DNA of 64,000 bases, taken from assembly GCA_964626665.1 (NCBI GenBank), contig CAZVGK010000002.1:32001-96000 (forward strand), read 5' to 3'. The stretch's first letter is position 1; each line of letters starts with the position of its first letter. The notes beneath the pieces are model-generated. The model was given only the letters and a program-made list of their open reading frames with translations. It was not told the origin of the DNA and ran no database searches. Both the position numbers and the translations under genes were made by a program. Positions 36,340 to 46,491 of this stretch are shown here, piece after piece. The stretch is from an uncultured Gemmatimonadota bacterium. Its GTDB lineage: Bacteria > SM23-81 > DAOVCL01.

Positions 36340-38208
36340 ATGTTAAAGTGGCTAATTGTGTTCACATTCCTTCTACCGGCTCCATCCACAGAGGCTCAGG
36401 CCGGGGAGATAGGGGAGAACTTCCATTTGGGCCTTAGGGAGACATTGAAGTGCATCAAGCTCACTCCAGGGGACATCTATCTGAGAAATGACTACTTGGA
36501 GTCGGACTCCTTTAGACTGGATATAGTCGAAGATCTTCTCAACCATCCCCTAAGAGTTGCCCCTTGGCTTGATTCCCTAAACAGCGCATTAAGCCAGGGG
36601 AGCTTCAGCCAAAGGCTCGAAACTGCGGAGAGGATCTTGGATCTGAGTCCGGAAAGCCCTTTGGTTGATACCACTGGGTTGGGATTATACCTGCGAGGGG
36701 TCAGTTTTTTTTCTCTTAACCCAGGTTTGCGGACAGCCATAAGCTACCTCTTGACTGGGATAAGGGAGGCCAACCTCCTAATGGGAGAGGCTTTCTCCCC
36801 ACTCAGCCCGGAGGAGAGGGATTCTCTCTTTAGGGAGGGACCAGAGGTTCTCAGGGAGGGAACATTTGATCCTCAGAAGCCCATTGAGGTTACCGAGAAG
36901 GAGAAGGAAGAGGAGGAGAAAAGGGGTAAGAGGGTCCTGGGATTGGCCCAAAGGGTGAAAAGGGAAAAGATAATATCCGCTGGCCTGGCCCTTACCCGGG
37001 GTTTGGAACTTAGCCAAGGTTATCTTGCTGAGGAGGATGGCCTGGGGAGAGGATTGTTACTCGATCTTATGACTCCTTGGGGTAGGTTGTTAATGGGAGG
37101 AGTTGGCCCCAACGAATATCGCCAATCAGATGTAGCGATGATTATCGACTTGGGCGGGGATGACCGCTATGACCACATCACCACCCCTGATGATGGATGG
37201 GCAACGGTTATTGTGGACCTTTCCGGTAATGATTCTTACTTGGGGGGTGAAGGGAGTTTTGGTAGTGGGCTCTTTGGGGTGGGACTGCTCTGGGATAGGG
37301 AAGGGGATGATACCTATATTGCCGGGAACTACTCCCTGGGGGCGGGTTTCTTTGGCTGTGGTCTCCTCTGGGATGAGGGGGGAGATGACAAATACATCTG
37401 CGATACAGCAGGCCAGGGGGCAGGGGCCTTTGGGGTGGGCATGCTCTGCGATGATGGGGGCAACGACGAATATAGATCTGCCCTCTTCTCGCAGGGTTTT
37501 GCCTTTGTGGGAGGGTTTGGTTGGCTCTCCGATCGGGGGGGGAATGATCTCTACTACTCCGGGGGAAAATATACCGATAGGTTGAGGTACTTTGACCACT
37601 ACCTTAGCCTCTCCCAGGGGTTTGCCTATGGTCTGCGACCCTATGCCTCCGGTGGGGTGGCCCTGCTCTACGATCAATCGGGAAACGACAGCTATATCTC
37701 AGATATCTTTGGACAGGGGTCAAGTTACTGGTATGCCCTCTCCGGCTTAATTGATGGGGAGGGGAACGACAACTACATCTCCTATCAGTATGCTCAGGGG
37801 GCGGCCACCCACCTTACCTTAGCCGCCTTAGTGGATAAGGCAGGCGATGACAACTACATCTCCCATGGGGTTTCCCAGGGATGTGGCCATGACCTCAGCT
37901 TTGGCCTCTTAGAGGATTGGCGGGGTGACGACAACTACGCCACTGGGGACCTCTCCCAGGGGGCGGGAAATGCCAATGGCATTGGTATCCTCTTTGACTT
38001 TGCTGGCGATGACAACTATCAGGTCCGTAAACAAGCTAACACCAATGGTTATGGTGATTTCAGGAGGGATTATGGTTCAATTGGGGTATTTATCGATCTC
38101 TCGGGTAAGGATAGCTATGCAGGCGGTTACCGGAACCGTTCCTTTTGGACGAAATCGAGGTATGGGGTGGGAGCAGATCTGGAAAGGCCTCTGAGGGAGG
38201 CCCGATGA
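36340..38208 (+). CDS. exported protein with Gly/Asp-rich D..G.D.Y...QG repeats
   Basis: signal peptide; more than ten G(D/N)D.Y repeats. Confidence 0.8.
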   Translation: MLKWLIVFTFLLPAPSTEAQAGEIGENFHLGLRETLKCIKLTPGDIYLRNDYLESDSFRLDIVEDLLNHPLRVAPWLDSLNSALSQGSFSQRLETAERILDLSPESPLVDTTGLGLYLRGVSFFSLNPGLRTAISYLLTGIREANLLMGEAFSPLSPEERDSLFREGPEVLREGTFDPQKPIEVTEKEKEEEEKRGKRVLGLAQRVKREKIISAGLALTRGLELSQGYLAEEDGLGRGLLLDLMTPWGRLLMGGVGPNEYRQSDVAMIIDLGGDDRYDHITTPDDGWATVIVDLSGNDSYLGGEGSFGSGLFGVGLLWDREGDDTYIAGNYSLGAGFFGCGLLWDEGGDDKYICDTAGQGAGAFGVGMLCDDGGNDEYRSALFSQGFAFVGGFGWLSDRGGNDLYYSGGKYTDRLRYFDHYLSLSQGFAYGLRPYASGGVALLYDQSGNDSYISDIFGQGSSYWYALSGLIDGEGNDNYISYQYAQGAATHLTLAALVDKAGDDNYISHGVSQGCGHDLSFGLLEDWRGDDNYATGDLSQGAGNANGIGILFDFAGDDNYQVRKQANTNGYGDFRRDYGSIGVFIDLSGKDSYAGGYRNRSFWTKSRYGVGADLERPLREAR

Positions 38209-39122
38209 AGAGATTGCTCTGGCTCGGCCTGGTTATTCCTCTCTTCGCTTCCCCTCTCTGGGCCCAGGGGAAATCGGTGGAGGAGCTCTTCCATGAGGCC
38301 TCTTCGGCGGAGCTACAGTATGCCCCCCTACGGAAGCCGGCGGAGGAGGAGTTGGTGCGCAGGGGAGAGGAAGCCATCCCCTACCTAGTGGGCAAGTTGG
38401 GAACAAGGGATGCCCGGGAGAGGCATGCCTTAGAGAGGGTCTTGCGGCGGATCAAGGGGCCGGCGGTGAAACCCCTAATCGAGGCTCTGAGGACCAATGA
38501 CCTCTATGCGCTTAGGTTGGGGGTAAGGATCTTGGGGCTAATTGGCGATGAGCGGGCCCTTTCCCCTCTGGTGAAGCTATCCTCCCATCCCGATTGGAAG
38601 GTAAGGTCTGTGGTGGCCTTTGCCTTGGGCAGAATTGGGAAGAAAAGGGCTACCTCGGTGCTTATCTCTGCCCTGCGGGATTCGGTGGATCTGGTGCGCA
38701 AATCCGCGGCAGTGGGCTTGGGAGAGTTGAATGATGAGCGGGCAATTTCCTCCCTCCTCAGGAGCCTATCCGATCCCTTTTATGCGGTGCGCAATGCGGC
38801 GGCCCAAGATTTAGCCAAGTTGGGGGGTTCTGTTCTGGATTCTCTCCTAACTATTCTCCAGGAGCCACCGGGAGAGGGGAGATATTTTGTAATTCAGGTC
38901 TTAGGGGAGATAGGCAACAAAAGGGCCCTTAAGCCCCTGGTCTCTCTCCTGCAGGCCAGGGATTGGGCTACCAGGGCCTTTGCCGCCCAGGCGATAGGGG
39001 GAATCGGGGGGGAAGGGGCCAGAAGGGCCCTTGGTTCAGCCAAAAAGGGAGAGAGACACCCCTATGTCCTCCTGCAGATAAGGAAGGGACTTAGTAGGTT
39101 GGAGAAGGGTGAAACCAAGTAA
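38205..39122 (+). CDS. exported HEAT-repeat protein
   Basis: signal peptide from ATG 38205 (ATGA overlap); repeated L.D....VR..AA..LG.IG. Confidence 0.88.
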   Translation: MKRLLWLGLVIPLFASPLWAQGKSVEELFHEASSAELQYAPLRKPAEEELVRRGEEAIPYLVGKLGTRDARERHALERVLRRIKGPAVKPLIEALRTNDLYALRLGVRILGLIGDERALSPLVKLSSHPDWKVRSVVAFALGRIGKKRATSVLISALRDSVDLVRKSAAVGLGELNDERAISSLLRSLSDPFYAVRNAAAQDLAKLGGSVLDSLLTILQEPPGEGRYFVIQVLGEIGNKRALKPLVSLLQARDWATRAFAAQAIGGIGGEGARRALGSAKKGERHPYVLLQIRKGLSRLEKGETK

Positions 39123-39416
39123 AGCGAGTTCCCTCCAGAAATTTAGCATTCAAAAGTGTGCTGTCAGGAGTTACCTCTTCGTCAGGAATCCCGTCGGAAC
39201 GGGGCTGACAGCTCTGGAAGAGTCTGGAAACCTTGTGGTGATCGGTCAGATCCCCTGATCTGAACGTTCCCCGAGCCGTCAGACCCCCGATTCTGACGGC
39301 AAAGAAGTAAGCAGCAGAAGAGGGCTTCTGCCACCTCAGGGGAACTCGGCTAAAGCCTGGAACTACCGATTCTATGGTCTTTGCAGTTGAGCCATTCATG
39401 AATTGCTCCTGCTCTT

Positions 39417-39595
39417 AGACATCTCGGAAATTCTAAAATTTCCGAGATGGTCATCAGGGGGTTTGGGGGAAAGGATGTGTTTTCCCCCAATGGGGTGACA
39501 GGATTTCGGTGTGAGCTGGCGGAGCACCGAAATCCGCCATAGGGGCGATAGCCCCTTGGAAGTTAGTGAACGAAGTGAACTGACTTAACTGGGAG
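39417..39595. repeat. ~175-bp multi-hairpin dispersed element, copy 3 (diverged)
   Basis: same hairpin order as 8178-8355 with changed stem sequences. Confidence 0.65.
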
Positions 39596-39600
39596 GGAGC

Positions 39601-40518
39601 CTGATAAGAAAACGACTTTATCTCATAAGCTTATTTTTTCTTTTCTTCCTCTTTTTCTGCACCCAAAGGGGGCAGGGAAAAATTCCCTTTACCCTAAGGG
39701 TGATCCCCTCCTACCCAAAGGTAGAGGAGATCATCAGGGGGAATTACCCCTCCCTTTCCTCTGCATTGGGGGTGGAGCTTGCTGGAACCTTGACTGTTTA
39801 TGTTGTCTCCAACCAAGCTCAGTTTGAGAAATTGGTGGGAGCTGGCTTCCCCGATTGGGGATTGGCCTGTGCTCTTCCCTCCAAGAGGGCCATTGTTCTG
39901 AGGGATCCGAGAACTACCAAGAAAGGGAAGAGGAGCTTAGAGGAGGTGGTTACCCACGAGTTCACCCACATTCTCCTTCATTGGAACCTTGATGGGGTCC
40001 ATATTCCCCGCTGGTTTGATGAGGGGCTGGCGATGAGCCAATCTCAGGAGTGGAGAATGGGGATGGACTTTACCCTGGCAAAGGCTAAGCTTACCGGCTC
40101 CCTTTTGCCCTTGCGAGATATTGACCGGGTGAATACCTTTTGGTGGCAGAAAGCTGATCTGGCCTATGCGGAGAGCTTCTCTGCACTACTTTGGCTGGAA
40201 AAGAGCTTTGGCCCCACCGCGGTGCCTGAGATAGTTAAGGGGTTAAGAGATGGTTATTCAATGAATGGGGCTATGTGGAGGGCCACTGGCCTGGGGTTGA
40301 GGGACTGTGAGAACCTGTGGCTCCAATGGGTGAGGAGGAGATACAACCTATTGGCCCTTTTTGCCGATACATCCCTTCTCTGGTTGGGGTTGACTATCCT
40401 CTTCGTTGTGGCTTTCCTCATCAAGAGATGGAGGCAGAGGGCCATTCTCAAGAGATGGAAAAGGGAGGAGGCTTTTCTCTCCCCTTCAAATGATAAGGGA
40501 AATAAGGTATCTCCTTGA
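39601..40518 (+). CDS. peptidase MA-like metallohydrolase (HExxH) with C-terminal TM helix
   Basis: HEFTH, P.WF.EGLA, LAY.ES; frame open back to CTG 39601, encoding a signal peptide. Confidence 0.8.
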   Translation: MIRKRLYLISLFFLFFLFFCTQRGQGKIPFTLRVIPSYPKVEEIIRGNYPSLSSALGVELAGTLTVYVVSNQAQFEKLVGAGFPDWGLACALPSKRAIVLRDPRTTKKGKRSLEEVVTHEFTHILLHWNLDGVHIPRWFDEGLAMSQSQEWRMGMDFTLAKAKLTGSLLPLRDIDRVNTFWWQKADLAYAESFSALLWLEKSFGPTAVPEIVKGLRDGYSMNGAMWRATGLGLRDCENLWLQWVRRRYNLLALFADTSLLWLGLTILFVVAFLIKRWRQRAILKRWKREEAFLSPSNDKGNKVSP

Positions 40519-41350
40519 ATACCTGCTCCTGAGGGCCGTAGAGAGGGTCAGTCAGGTCCTTTCCTGGAGGAGTTGCCAGAGATTGGGGGAACGCGTTGGG
40601 AAGTTTGCCTTTGACCTCTTAGGTTTCAGAAGGAGGGTTACCCTCATCAATCTCAGGTTAGCCTTTCCTCAGATGGGCAGAGGAGAGCTTATCTCCTTAG
40701 GCAGAAGAAGCTATCAGAACCTAGGACGCACATTCTTTGACCTCTTAAAGCCTTTCCCTCCTCACCTCCTAAGGAGAATTAATTTTGAGGGTTTGGAGAA
40801 CCTTGACCGAGCCTTGCAGCAGGGGAAAGGGGGGATAATCTTAGGTGGACATTTTGGCCGGTGGGAGCTTTCCATGGCCGCTTTGGCCCAAAAAGGTTAC
40901 CCCTTGGATGTTGTGGCCAAGGAGCAACACAACCAACTGGTTGATAGGTTGGTGAATGGGTATCGGATGAGGTCCGGTGTGGCGGTGATCAGGGCGAAAG
41001 GAGGAGCCTGGAAGGTGATTGGTGCTTTGAGGAAAAACAGGTTGGTGGGTATTTTGGCCGATCAGGATGCAGGAAGGGATGGCCTGGTGGTTAATTTTTT
41101 CTCCCAACCGGCCTCCTTTAGCTCTGGCCCGGCCTTTATCGCCGAGAAGAGCGGCTCCCCTCTAATTATGACCTTTATTATTCGGGAAGGGAAGGGAGAG
41201 AGGATGATCATTACTCGCCCTCTCCCTCCTGGAGGAAAGAAGGAGAGAACCCAAGCCTATGCCACGGCCTTAGAGGGGTTCATCAGGAGCCATCCTGACC
41301 ACTGGTTCTGGCCCCACAAGAGATGGAAGAGCACAGTTGGTCTTTATTAA
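40490..41350 (+). CDS. lpxL: lipid A late acyltransferase (LpxL/HtrB family)
   Basis: NL.LAFP, GHFG.WE, L.DQ, P..WFW.H.RWK. Confidence 0.85.
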   Translation: MIREIRYLLEYLLLRAVERVSQVLSWRSCQRLGERVGKFAFDLLGFRRRVTLINLRLAFPQMGRGELISLGRRSYQNLGRTFFDLLKPFPPHLLRRINFEGLENLDRALQQGKGGIILGGHFGRWELSMAALAQKGYPLDVVAKEQHNQLVDRLVNGYRMRSGVAVIRAKGGAWKVIGALRKNRLVGILADQDAGRDGLVVNFFSQPASFSSGPAFIAEKSGSPLIMTFIIREGKGERMIITRPLPPGGKKERTQAYATALEGFIRSHPDHWFWPHKRWKSTVGLY

Positions 41351-42389
41351 GAAGGTCTTGCTAATTCAGACCGGTTTCCTTGGAGATCTGATCCTCTCCA
41401 CCCCTTTAATTAGAGCTACCAAAGAGGCATTTCCGGCAGCCGAACTGTTTTTCCTCGCTATTCCCTCTGTAGCCCCTGCCTTGGCCCATAACCCCAATTT
41501 GACCCAGGTGATGACCTATGACAAAAGAGGAAGGGATGGGGGATTAAGGGGTTTTCTGCGGGTAAAGAAGAAGTTAAGGGAGATTAGGGTTGATCTGGCC
41601 CTAATCCCTCATCGTTCTCTGAGGTCCGCCCTTTTAGCCATAGGCGCTGGAGCCAGGGAGAGGATAGGCTTTGATCGGAGCGCTGGTTTCTTCCTCCTTA
41701 CCAAAAGGGTTACCTACCAATGGGGAATCCACGAGGTGGAAAGAAACCTCAGTCTCCTCTCCCCCTTAGGGATAAACCCCAGGCCCACCCCTCCAGAGCT
41801 TTTCCCCTCCGATGTGGAAAAAAGAAAAGCGGATGAGTTCCTGAGAGAGGCGGGAATCTCCTCCCAGGACAGGTTGGTAGGGTTTGCCCCTGGCTCCTTT
41901 TGGCCCACTAAAAGGTGGCCCGGGGAGAGGTTTGCCCAGTTGGGGATGATGGTCAGGGATTATGGAGGGAAGGTCGTCCTCCTCGGTTCCTCCTCCGATA
42001 GGGTAGTTTGCCAGGCCATCTCCTCTTTGATAGGGGAAGGGGCTATTGTGGCTGCCGGCAAGCTTTCTCTGTTAGAGGCCGCCTGGCTTCTGACCAGGTT
42101 AAGGGTGCTGGTGGCCAATGATTCGGCTCCTGTGCATATGGCCTCCGCTATGGGGACGCCAGTGGTGGTGCTCTTCGGCCCCACAGTGCCCCAGTTTGGC
42201 TTTGGCCCCTGGGGCCCCGGGGAGGTAATCGAAAGGGAGCTCCCCTGTCGCCCCTGTAGTCCCCATGGCCCCCGGAGGTGCCCTCGGGGAAACTGGGATT
42301 GTATGTTGGGAATAAAGGTTGAGGAGGTCTTTGCCAAGGTAGTTAGGTATCTCACAGAACCTCAGAGGGAAGGGGGATCTCAAACTTGA
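41337..42389 (+). CDS. waaF: LPS heptosyltransferase II (GT9)
   Basis: GD.IL..P, APGS...TKRWP, NDS.P.H.A.A.G.P...LFGPT, C.PC...CP...CM. Confidence 0.85.
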   Translation: MVFIKKVLLIQTGFLGDLILSTPLIRATKEAFPAAELFFLAIPSVAPALAHNPNLTQVMTYDKRGRDGGLRGFLRVKKKLREIRVDLALIPHRSLRSALLAIGAGARERIGFDRSAGFFLLTKRVTYQWGIHEVERNLSLLSPLGINPRPTPPELFPSDVEKRKADEFLREAGISSQDRLVGFAPGSFWPTKRWPGERFAQLGMMVRDYGGKVVLLGSSSDRVVCQAISSLIGEGAIVAAGKLSLLEAAWLLTRLRVLVANDSAPVHMASAMGTPVVVLFGPTVPQFGFGPWGPGEVIERELPCRPCSPHGPRRCPRGNWDCMLGIKVEEVFAKVVRYLTEPQREGGSQT

Positions 42390-42710
42390 TTCAAAAGTGC
42401 TGTCAGGAGTTACCTCTTCCGCCAGGAATCCCGTCGGAACGGGGCTGACAGCTCTGGAAGGGACTGCAGGAATTAAGGGACAGAGCCTCGGCCCTGTCCG
42501 AGAGGAAAGCGGCGGACAGACATAAATGTCTGTCCCTACAGAACTTAGCTTTCTCCCACGAGCCGTTAGAACCCCGATTCTGACGGAAGAGGAAAAGGTG
42601 GCCTCTTGGCCATCCGCCCCTGCACGGAAGTAGAGGAGTTTGCCGTAGGAGGCATCTCCTGATGCCGATGACCGAGGTCTGGAGATCTCTCCCCCAATTC
42701 AAGGGAGTTA

Positions 42711-43697
42711 TTGGTGGCGATTGAATGTTTCCATCAGAGTGCAGATTACTATGAAAGAGATATCGAGCATGAGGTGGATGAGAGCGAAATAAGAGCCAAC
42801 CTCTACCAAGCAGGAGCAGAGGTTCCCAAGCCTATCCAGGATTTGCTTTCACATCGATCTCCGTCTCATAAGTTTATCTCTTGGCTTAGACTTTGTCGGG
42901 CTCCTAATCTCATCCTGGTTTTCCTCTCAGTGATGGTAGGAGGTTTTATGGGGGGTTTTTCTCCCCTTTGGCGGATCCTGATCGCTGGCCTTTCGGCCTC
43001 CTTGGTGGCCGGCGGAGGGAATGTCTGGGATGATATCTTCGACCTGAGGATAGATAGGGTAAACCGGCCCTCTCGTCCCCTTCCCTCCGGGGATATCGAT
43101 CTCATGGGCGTCTTAAGGCTTGCTTCCCTCCTCTTTTTGGGGGGGCTTGGTTTGAGTCTACTTTTAGGTTTAGAAGCCATATTTTTGGCCCTTCTTTCCT
43201 TTCTTCTTCTCCTCTTTTATCCACTCTTCTCGAGGAGGAAAGGGCTGGTGGGGAATCTGGTGATCAGCCTCTTGAGCGGGTTTGCCTTCCTCTATGGGGG
43301 AATAGCCGTGGGAAATCCCCAGGGGGCCCTGATCCCAGCCCTTTTTGCTCTACTTTACCATCTGGGGCGGGAGCTGTTGAAGGATATTGAAGATCGGGAA
43401 GGAGATAGGGCCGGAGGGAAGACGACCTATCCGCTGGTGCATGGCCTTAATGCCTCCCTCAGGCTGGTTACCCTCAGCTTTGGTGGCTTAATTTGTTTGA
43501 CTTTTTTACCTTTTTTGCTTAATATTTACCATCTCCCTTACCTGTTAACCGTGGGCTTAGGGGTGGACGGTTTTCTCCTCTTCCTGCTCTGGTATCTCTG
43601 GAGGAGGAGGGAGGCAAGCAGTTGGTCAACGGTGAACCAATTGCTGAAGCTAAATATGGTAGTTGGCCTTTTGGCCATCTGTTTAGGAAAGGTTTAG
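42711..43697 (+). CDS. UbiA-family prenyltransferase (DGGGP synthase-like)
   Basis: R.PN, DD.FD..IDR.NRP.RPLPSG, RE..KDIED..GD...G..T.P; true start may lie further downstream. Confidence 0.85.
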   Translation: MVAIECFHQSADYYERDIEHEVDESEIRANLYQAGAEVPKPIQDLLSHRSPSHKFISWLRLCRAPNLILVFLSVMVGGFMGGFSPLWRILIAGLSASLVAGGGNVWDDIFDLRIDRVNRPSRPLPSGDIDLMGVLRLASLLFLGGLGLSLLLGLEAIFLALLSFLLLLFYPLFSRRKGLVGNLVISLLSGFAFLYGGIAVGNPQGALIPALFALLYHLGRELLKDIEDREGDRAGGKTTYPLVHGLNASLRLVTLSFGGLICLTFLPFLLNIYHLPYLLTVGLGVDGFLLFLLWYLWRRREASSWSTVNQLLKLNMVVGLLAICLGKV

Positions 43698-44135
43698 ATG
43701 AGGCTTGTCCTCCAAAGGGTAAGAAGAGCTCAGGTCAAGGTAGATGATCAGTCGGTGGGCAAGGTAGGCCGGGGCCTGGTCGTTCTCATTGGGGTGAGGA
43801 ACGGGGATGGGGAGGAGGATGCCCGGTATTTGGCAGGAAAGGTAGCTAATCTGAGGATCTTTGAGGATGAATCCGGGAGGTTCAATCTCTCGACTTTGGA
43901 TGTGGGTGGGGGAGTTCTGGTTGTCTCCCAGTTCACCCTTTACGGGGACTGTAGAAAGGGGAGAAGGCCAAGCTTTACCCAGGCATCCCCTCCAGAGGAG
44001 GCCCAGCGACTCTACGAGCGGTTCGTCTCGTTCTTAAGGGAAGAGGGGTTGCGGGTGGAAACCGGCATATTTGGGGCTAAGATGTTGGTGGAGATAGAGA
44101 ACCAGGGACCAGTGACCCTGATCTTGGAGAGTTAA
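43698..44135 (+). CDS. dtd: D-aminoacyl-tRNA deacylase
   Basis: MR.V.QRV, VSQFTL, G.RPSF, FGA.M.V...N.GPVT. Confidence 0.96.
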   Translation: MRLVLQRVRRAQVKVDDQSVGKVGRGLVVLIGVRNGDGEEDARYLAGKVANLRIFEDESGRFNLSTLDVGGGVLVVSQFTLYGDCRKGRRPSFTQASPPEEAQRLYERFVSFLREEGLRVETGIFGAKMLVEIENQGPVTLILES

Positions 44136-44136
44136 A

Positions 44137-44730
44137 ATGATCTGGAGGCCCCAATCCGAAGGGAAGCTGATTTTGGCCTCATCGTCGCCACGGCGGGCCC
44201 AGTTGCTGCGGCAGGTAGGCATCCCCTTTCGCACAATGGAGGTGAATGTGGAGGAGGGATTTTCAGAAGAGAGGTCCCCAGCCGACTATGTCCTCTCCTT
44301 GGCGGAGAGAAAGGCCCTCTCTGCTGCCTCCAAGCTAAGAGAGGGGATTGTGCTGGGAGCAGATACCATAGTCTTTTTTCAGGGGGAGATAATGGGGAAG
44401 CCTCAGGATGCCCAGGAGGCGAAGGAGATGCTCTCCCGATTAAGCGGTCATACTCATCAGGTCTATACGGGCCTTGCCTTAATCGATGTGGGTAGAGGAA
44501 GGAAGGCCACGGGATTTGAGGTGACTAAGGTGAGGTTTCGCCCCCTTTCCGCAGAGTTTATCGCCAGCTATGTGGAGACGGGGGAGCCCTTGGACAAGGC
44601 CGGGGCCTATGGAGTGCAGAAAAAGGGCGCCCTTTTGGTGGAAAGAGTGGAGGGATGTTTCTATAATGTGGTAGGCCTTCCCCTCTCCAAGCTATTGACC
44701 CTTCTGCAGGAGCTGGGATATGGAACTTAA
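44137..44730 (+). CDS. maf: Maf nucleoside triphosphate pyrophosphatase
   Basis: LILAS.SPRR, GADT, GKP, DKAGAY, NVVGLP. Confidence 0.96.
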   Translation: MIWRPQSEGKLILASSSPRRAQLLRQVGIPFRTMEVNVEEGFSEERSPADYVLSLAERKALSAASKLREGIVLGADTIVFFQGEIMGKPQDAQEAKEMLSRLSGHTHQVYTGLALIDVGRGRKATGFEVTKVRFRPLSAEFIASYVETGEPLDKAGAYGVQKKGALLVERVEGCFYNVVGLPLSKLLTLLQELGYGT

Positions 44731-45460
44731 GAAGCTCGGCCGTTATCTGCAGAAGGAGAGGAGGGAGCGCAAGATAAGTCTGCGGGATATTGCTGGGGAG
44801 ACCAGGATAAACATCAAATATCTAAAGGCGATAGAGGAGGGTAGAGTTGAGGAACTTCCCCAAGACCCCTACCTTACCGCCTTTCTGAAGTCCTATTGTC
44901 AGCAGGTAGGCCTAAATTTTCCAGAGGTAAAGGGGATGTTTTCCCAGGAGGAAATCCCCTCGGTAGTGGAGCAACCTCCCTCTTCCCACCCAAGGTTTTG
45001 GCTGGGACTCCTGCTGCTTCCCATTCTCCTCCTGCTCATCATCCTCTTTCCCAAAAAGTCAAAGAGAACAACAGTTTCCCCCCCTTTATCAGGGAAGCCA
45101 CAGGCCAGATCCCTTGTAACCCCCTCTTCTCTCCCGGGAAGCCTGATTGTGATTAACCCAGATACCTTACCTCAGGGACCTCCGTTTAAGCCCGATACGC
45201 TTAAGCTGGAGTTGGTGGGGCGGGAGTCAACCTGGGTCTTTATCGAGGGGGATTCAGAGGTGCTTTGGCAGGGCATATTGACCCCAGGGCAGAGGAAGGT
45301 GCTCTTCTCCCTTAATGGTTTCCAAGCCACGGTGGGAAATGCCGGGGGGGTGGAGCTCTTCTTTAATGGAAAAAGTTTACGCCGGCTGGGCCCCAGGGGT
45401 AAGGTAGTGCATAACCTAAAGATCGATAGGGAAACCGCAGGGAAACTTTTGCGACAGTGA
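44720..45460 (+). CDS. rodZ: RodZ-like HTH-TM-DUF4115 protein
   Basis: N-terminal HTH (TRI...YL.AIEEG), TM helix, GNAGGV....NG. Confidence 0.85.
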   Translation: MELKKLGRYLQKERRERKISLRDIAGETRINIKYLKAIEEGRVEELPQDPYLTAFLKSYCQQVGLNFPEVKGMFSQEEIPSVVEQPPSSHPRFWLGLLLLPILLLLIILFPKKSKRTTVSPPLSGKPQARSLVTPSSLPGSLIVINPDTLPQGPPFKPDTLKLELVGRESTWVFIEGDSEVLWQGILTPGQRKVLFSLNGFQATVGNAGGVELFFNGKSLRRLGPRGKVVHNLKIDRETAGKLLRQ

Positions 45461-46245
45461 GCGATAAGATAATCTTCTTAGGAACTGCCGGGGCGAGGTT
45501 TGTAGTTACCAGCCAGATTAGGGCCTCAGGGGGGATGTGGCTCTCTTTAGGGAAAACAAACCTCTACCTGGATCCCGGGCCGGGGGCCTTGGTCAAATGC
45601 AGGTCAAGGAGGGAGAAGCTCGATCCAGTAAAGCTAAATGGGATAATCCTCTCCCACCGGCATTTGGACCATAGCTGCGATGTGAATATTATGATAGAGG
45701 CGATGACCAAGGGGGGTTTTGAGAAGAGGGGGAAGGTTTTTGCCCCGGCCCAGGCCTTGGAGGATGATCCGGTCATCCTACGCTATGTGCGGGAGTATGT
45801 AGAGGATGTGGTTGTCTTAAAGGAAGGGGGGGAATACCAGCTTGGGGAGGTAAGTTTCTCCACCCCCCTCAGGCATATCCATGGAGAGGCGGAAACCTAT
45901 GGGATAAACTTCAGCTTCTCCCCTTATACTATCTCCTACATAGCGGACACCAGGTTCTTCCCCCAACTAATTGAGCAATACCGGGGCCAGCTTCTGATCA
46001 TCAATGTGGTCAGGCTTAAACCCTCTGAACTGGATCATCTCTCTCTGCAGGATGCCGAGAGGATAATCACCGAAGTGAAGCCCAAGGCCGCCGTCCTCAC
46101 CCATTTTGGCATGACAATGATCAGGGCCAAGCCCTGGGAACTTGCCGCTGAGCTCTCTCAGAGGACAGGAGTGGAGGTCATCGCCGCCCGGGATGGAATG
46201 ACCTTCGAGCTGGAAAAATTGAAAAGGGCCTTCAAAATAGGATAA
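45457..46245 (+). CDS. MBL-fold metallo-hydrolase
   Basis: FLGT.G, DPGPG, SHRHLDH, ADT, LTHF. Confidence 0.9.
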   Translation: MSDKIIFLGTAGARFVVTSQIRASGGMWLSLGKTNLYLDPGPGALVKCRSRREKLDPVKLNGIILSHRHLDHSCDVNIMIEAMTKGGFEKRGKVFAPAQALEDDPVILRYVREYVEDVVVLKEGGEYQLGEVSFSTPLRHIHGEAETYGINFSFSPYTISYIADTRFFPQLIEQYRGQLLIINVVRLKPSELDHLSLQDAERIITEVKPKAAVLTHFGMTMIRAKPWELAAELSQRTGVEVIAARDGMTFELEKLKRAFKIG

Positions 46246-46491
46246 GCGGGTAAGAGAAGGTTTCTGATTGGTTGAAATCCTTTTAGCCCCAATTATTCAT
46301 AAGATCCATTTCAGATACTTCGAGCGGTCAGATGCCCTCATCTGGCCGCCTCCTAATGAGCTATCAGGTGTTCTCACCTGCAAGCAAGAGAGGAGGGCGG
46401 CAGAATCGGGGTTTTGCCACCTCACTTCGGGGATAAAAAGTAGGGACAGACCTTCAGGTCTGTCCGCTTACCTTAAGGAAAGGAATTCAAA

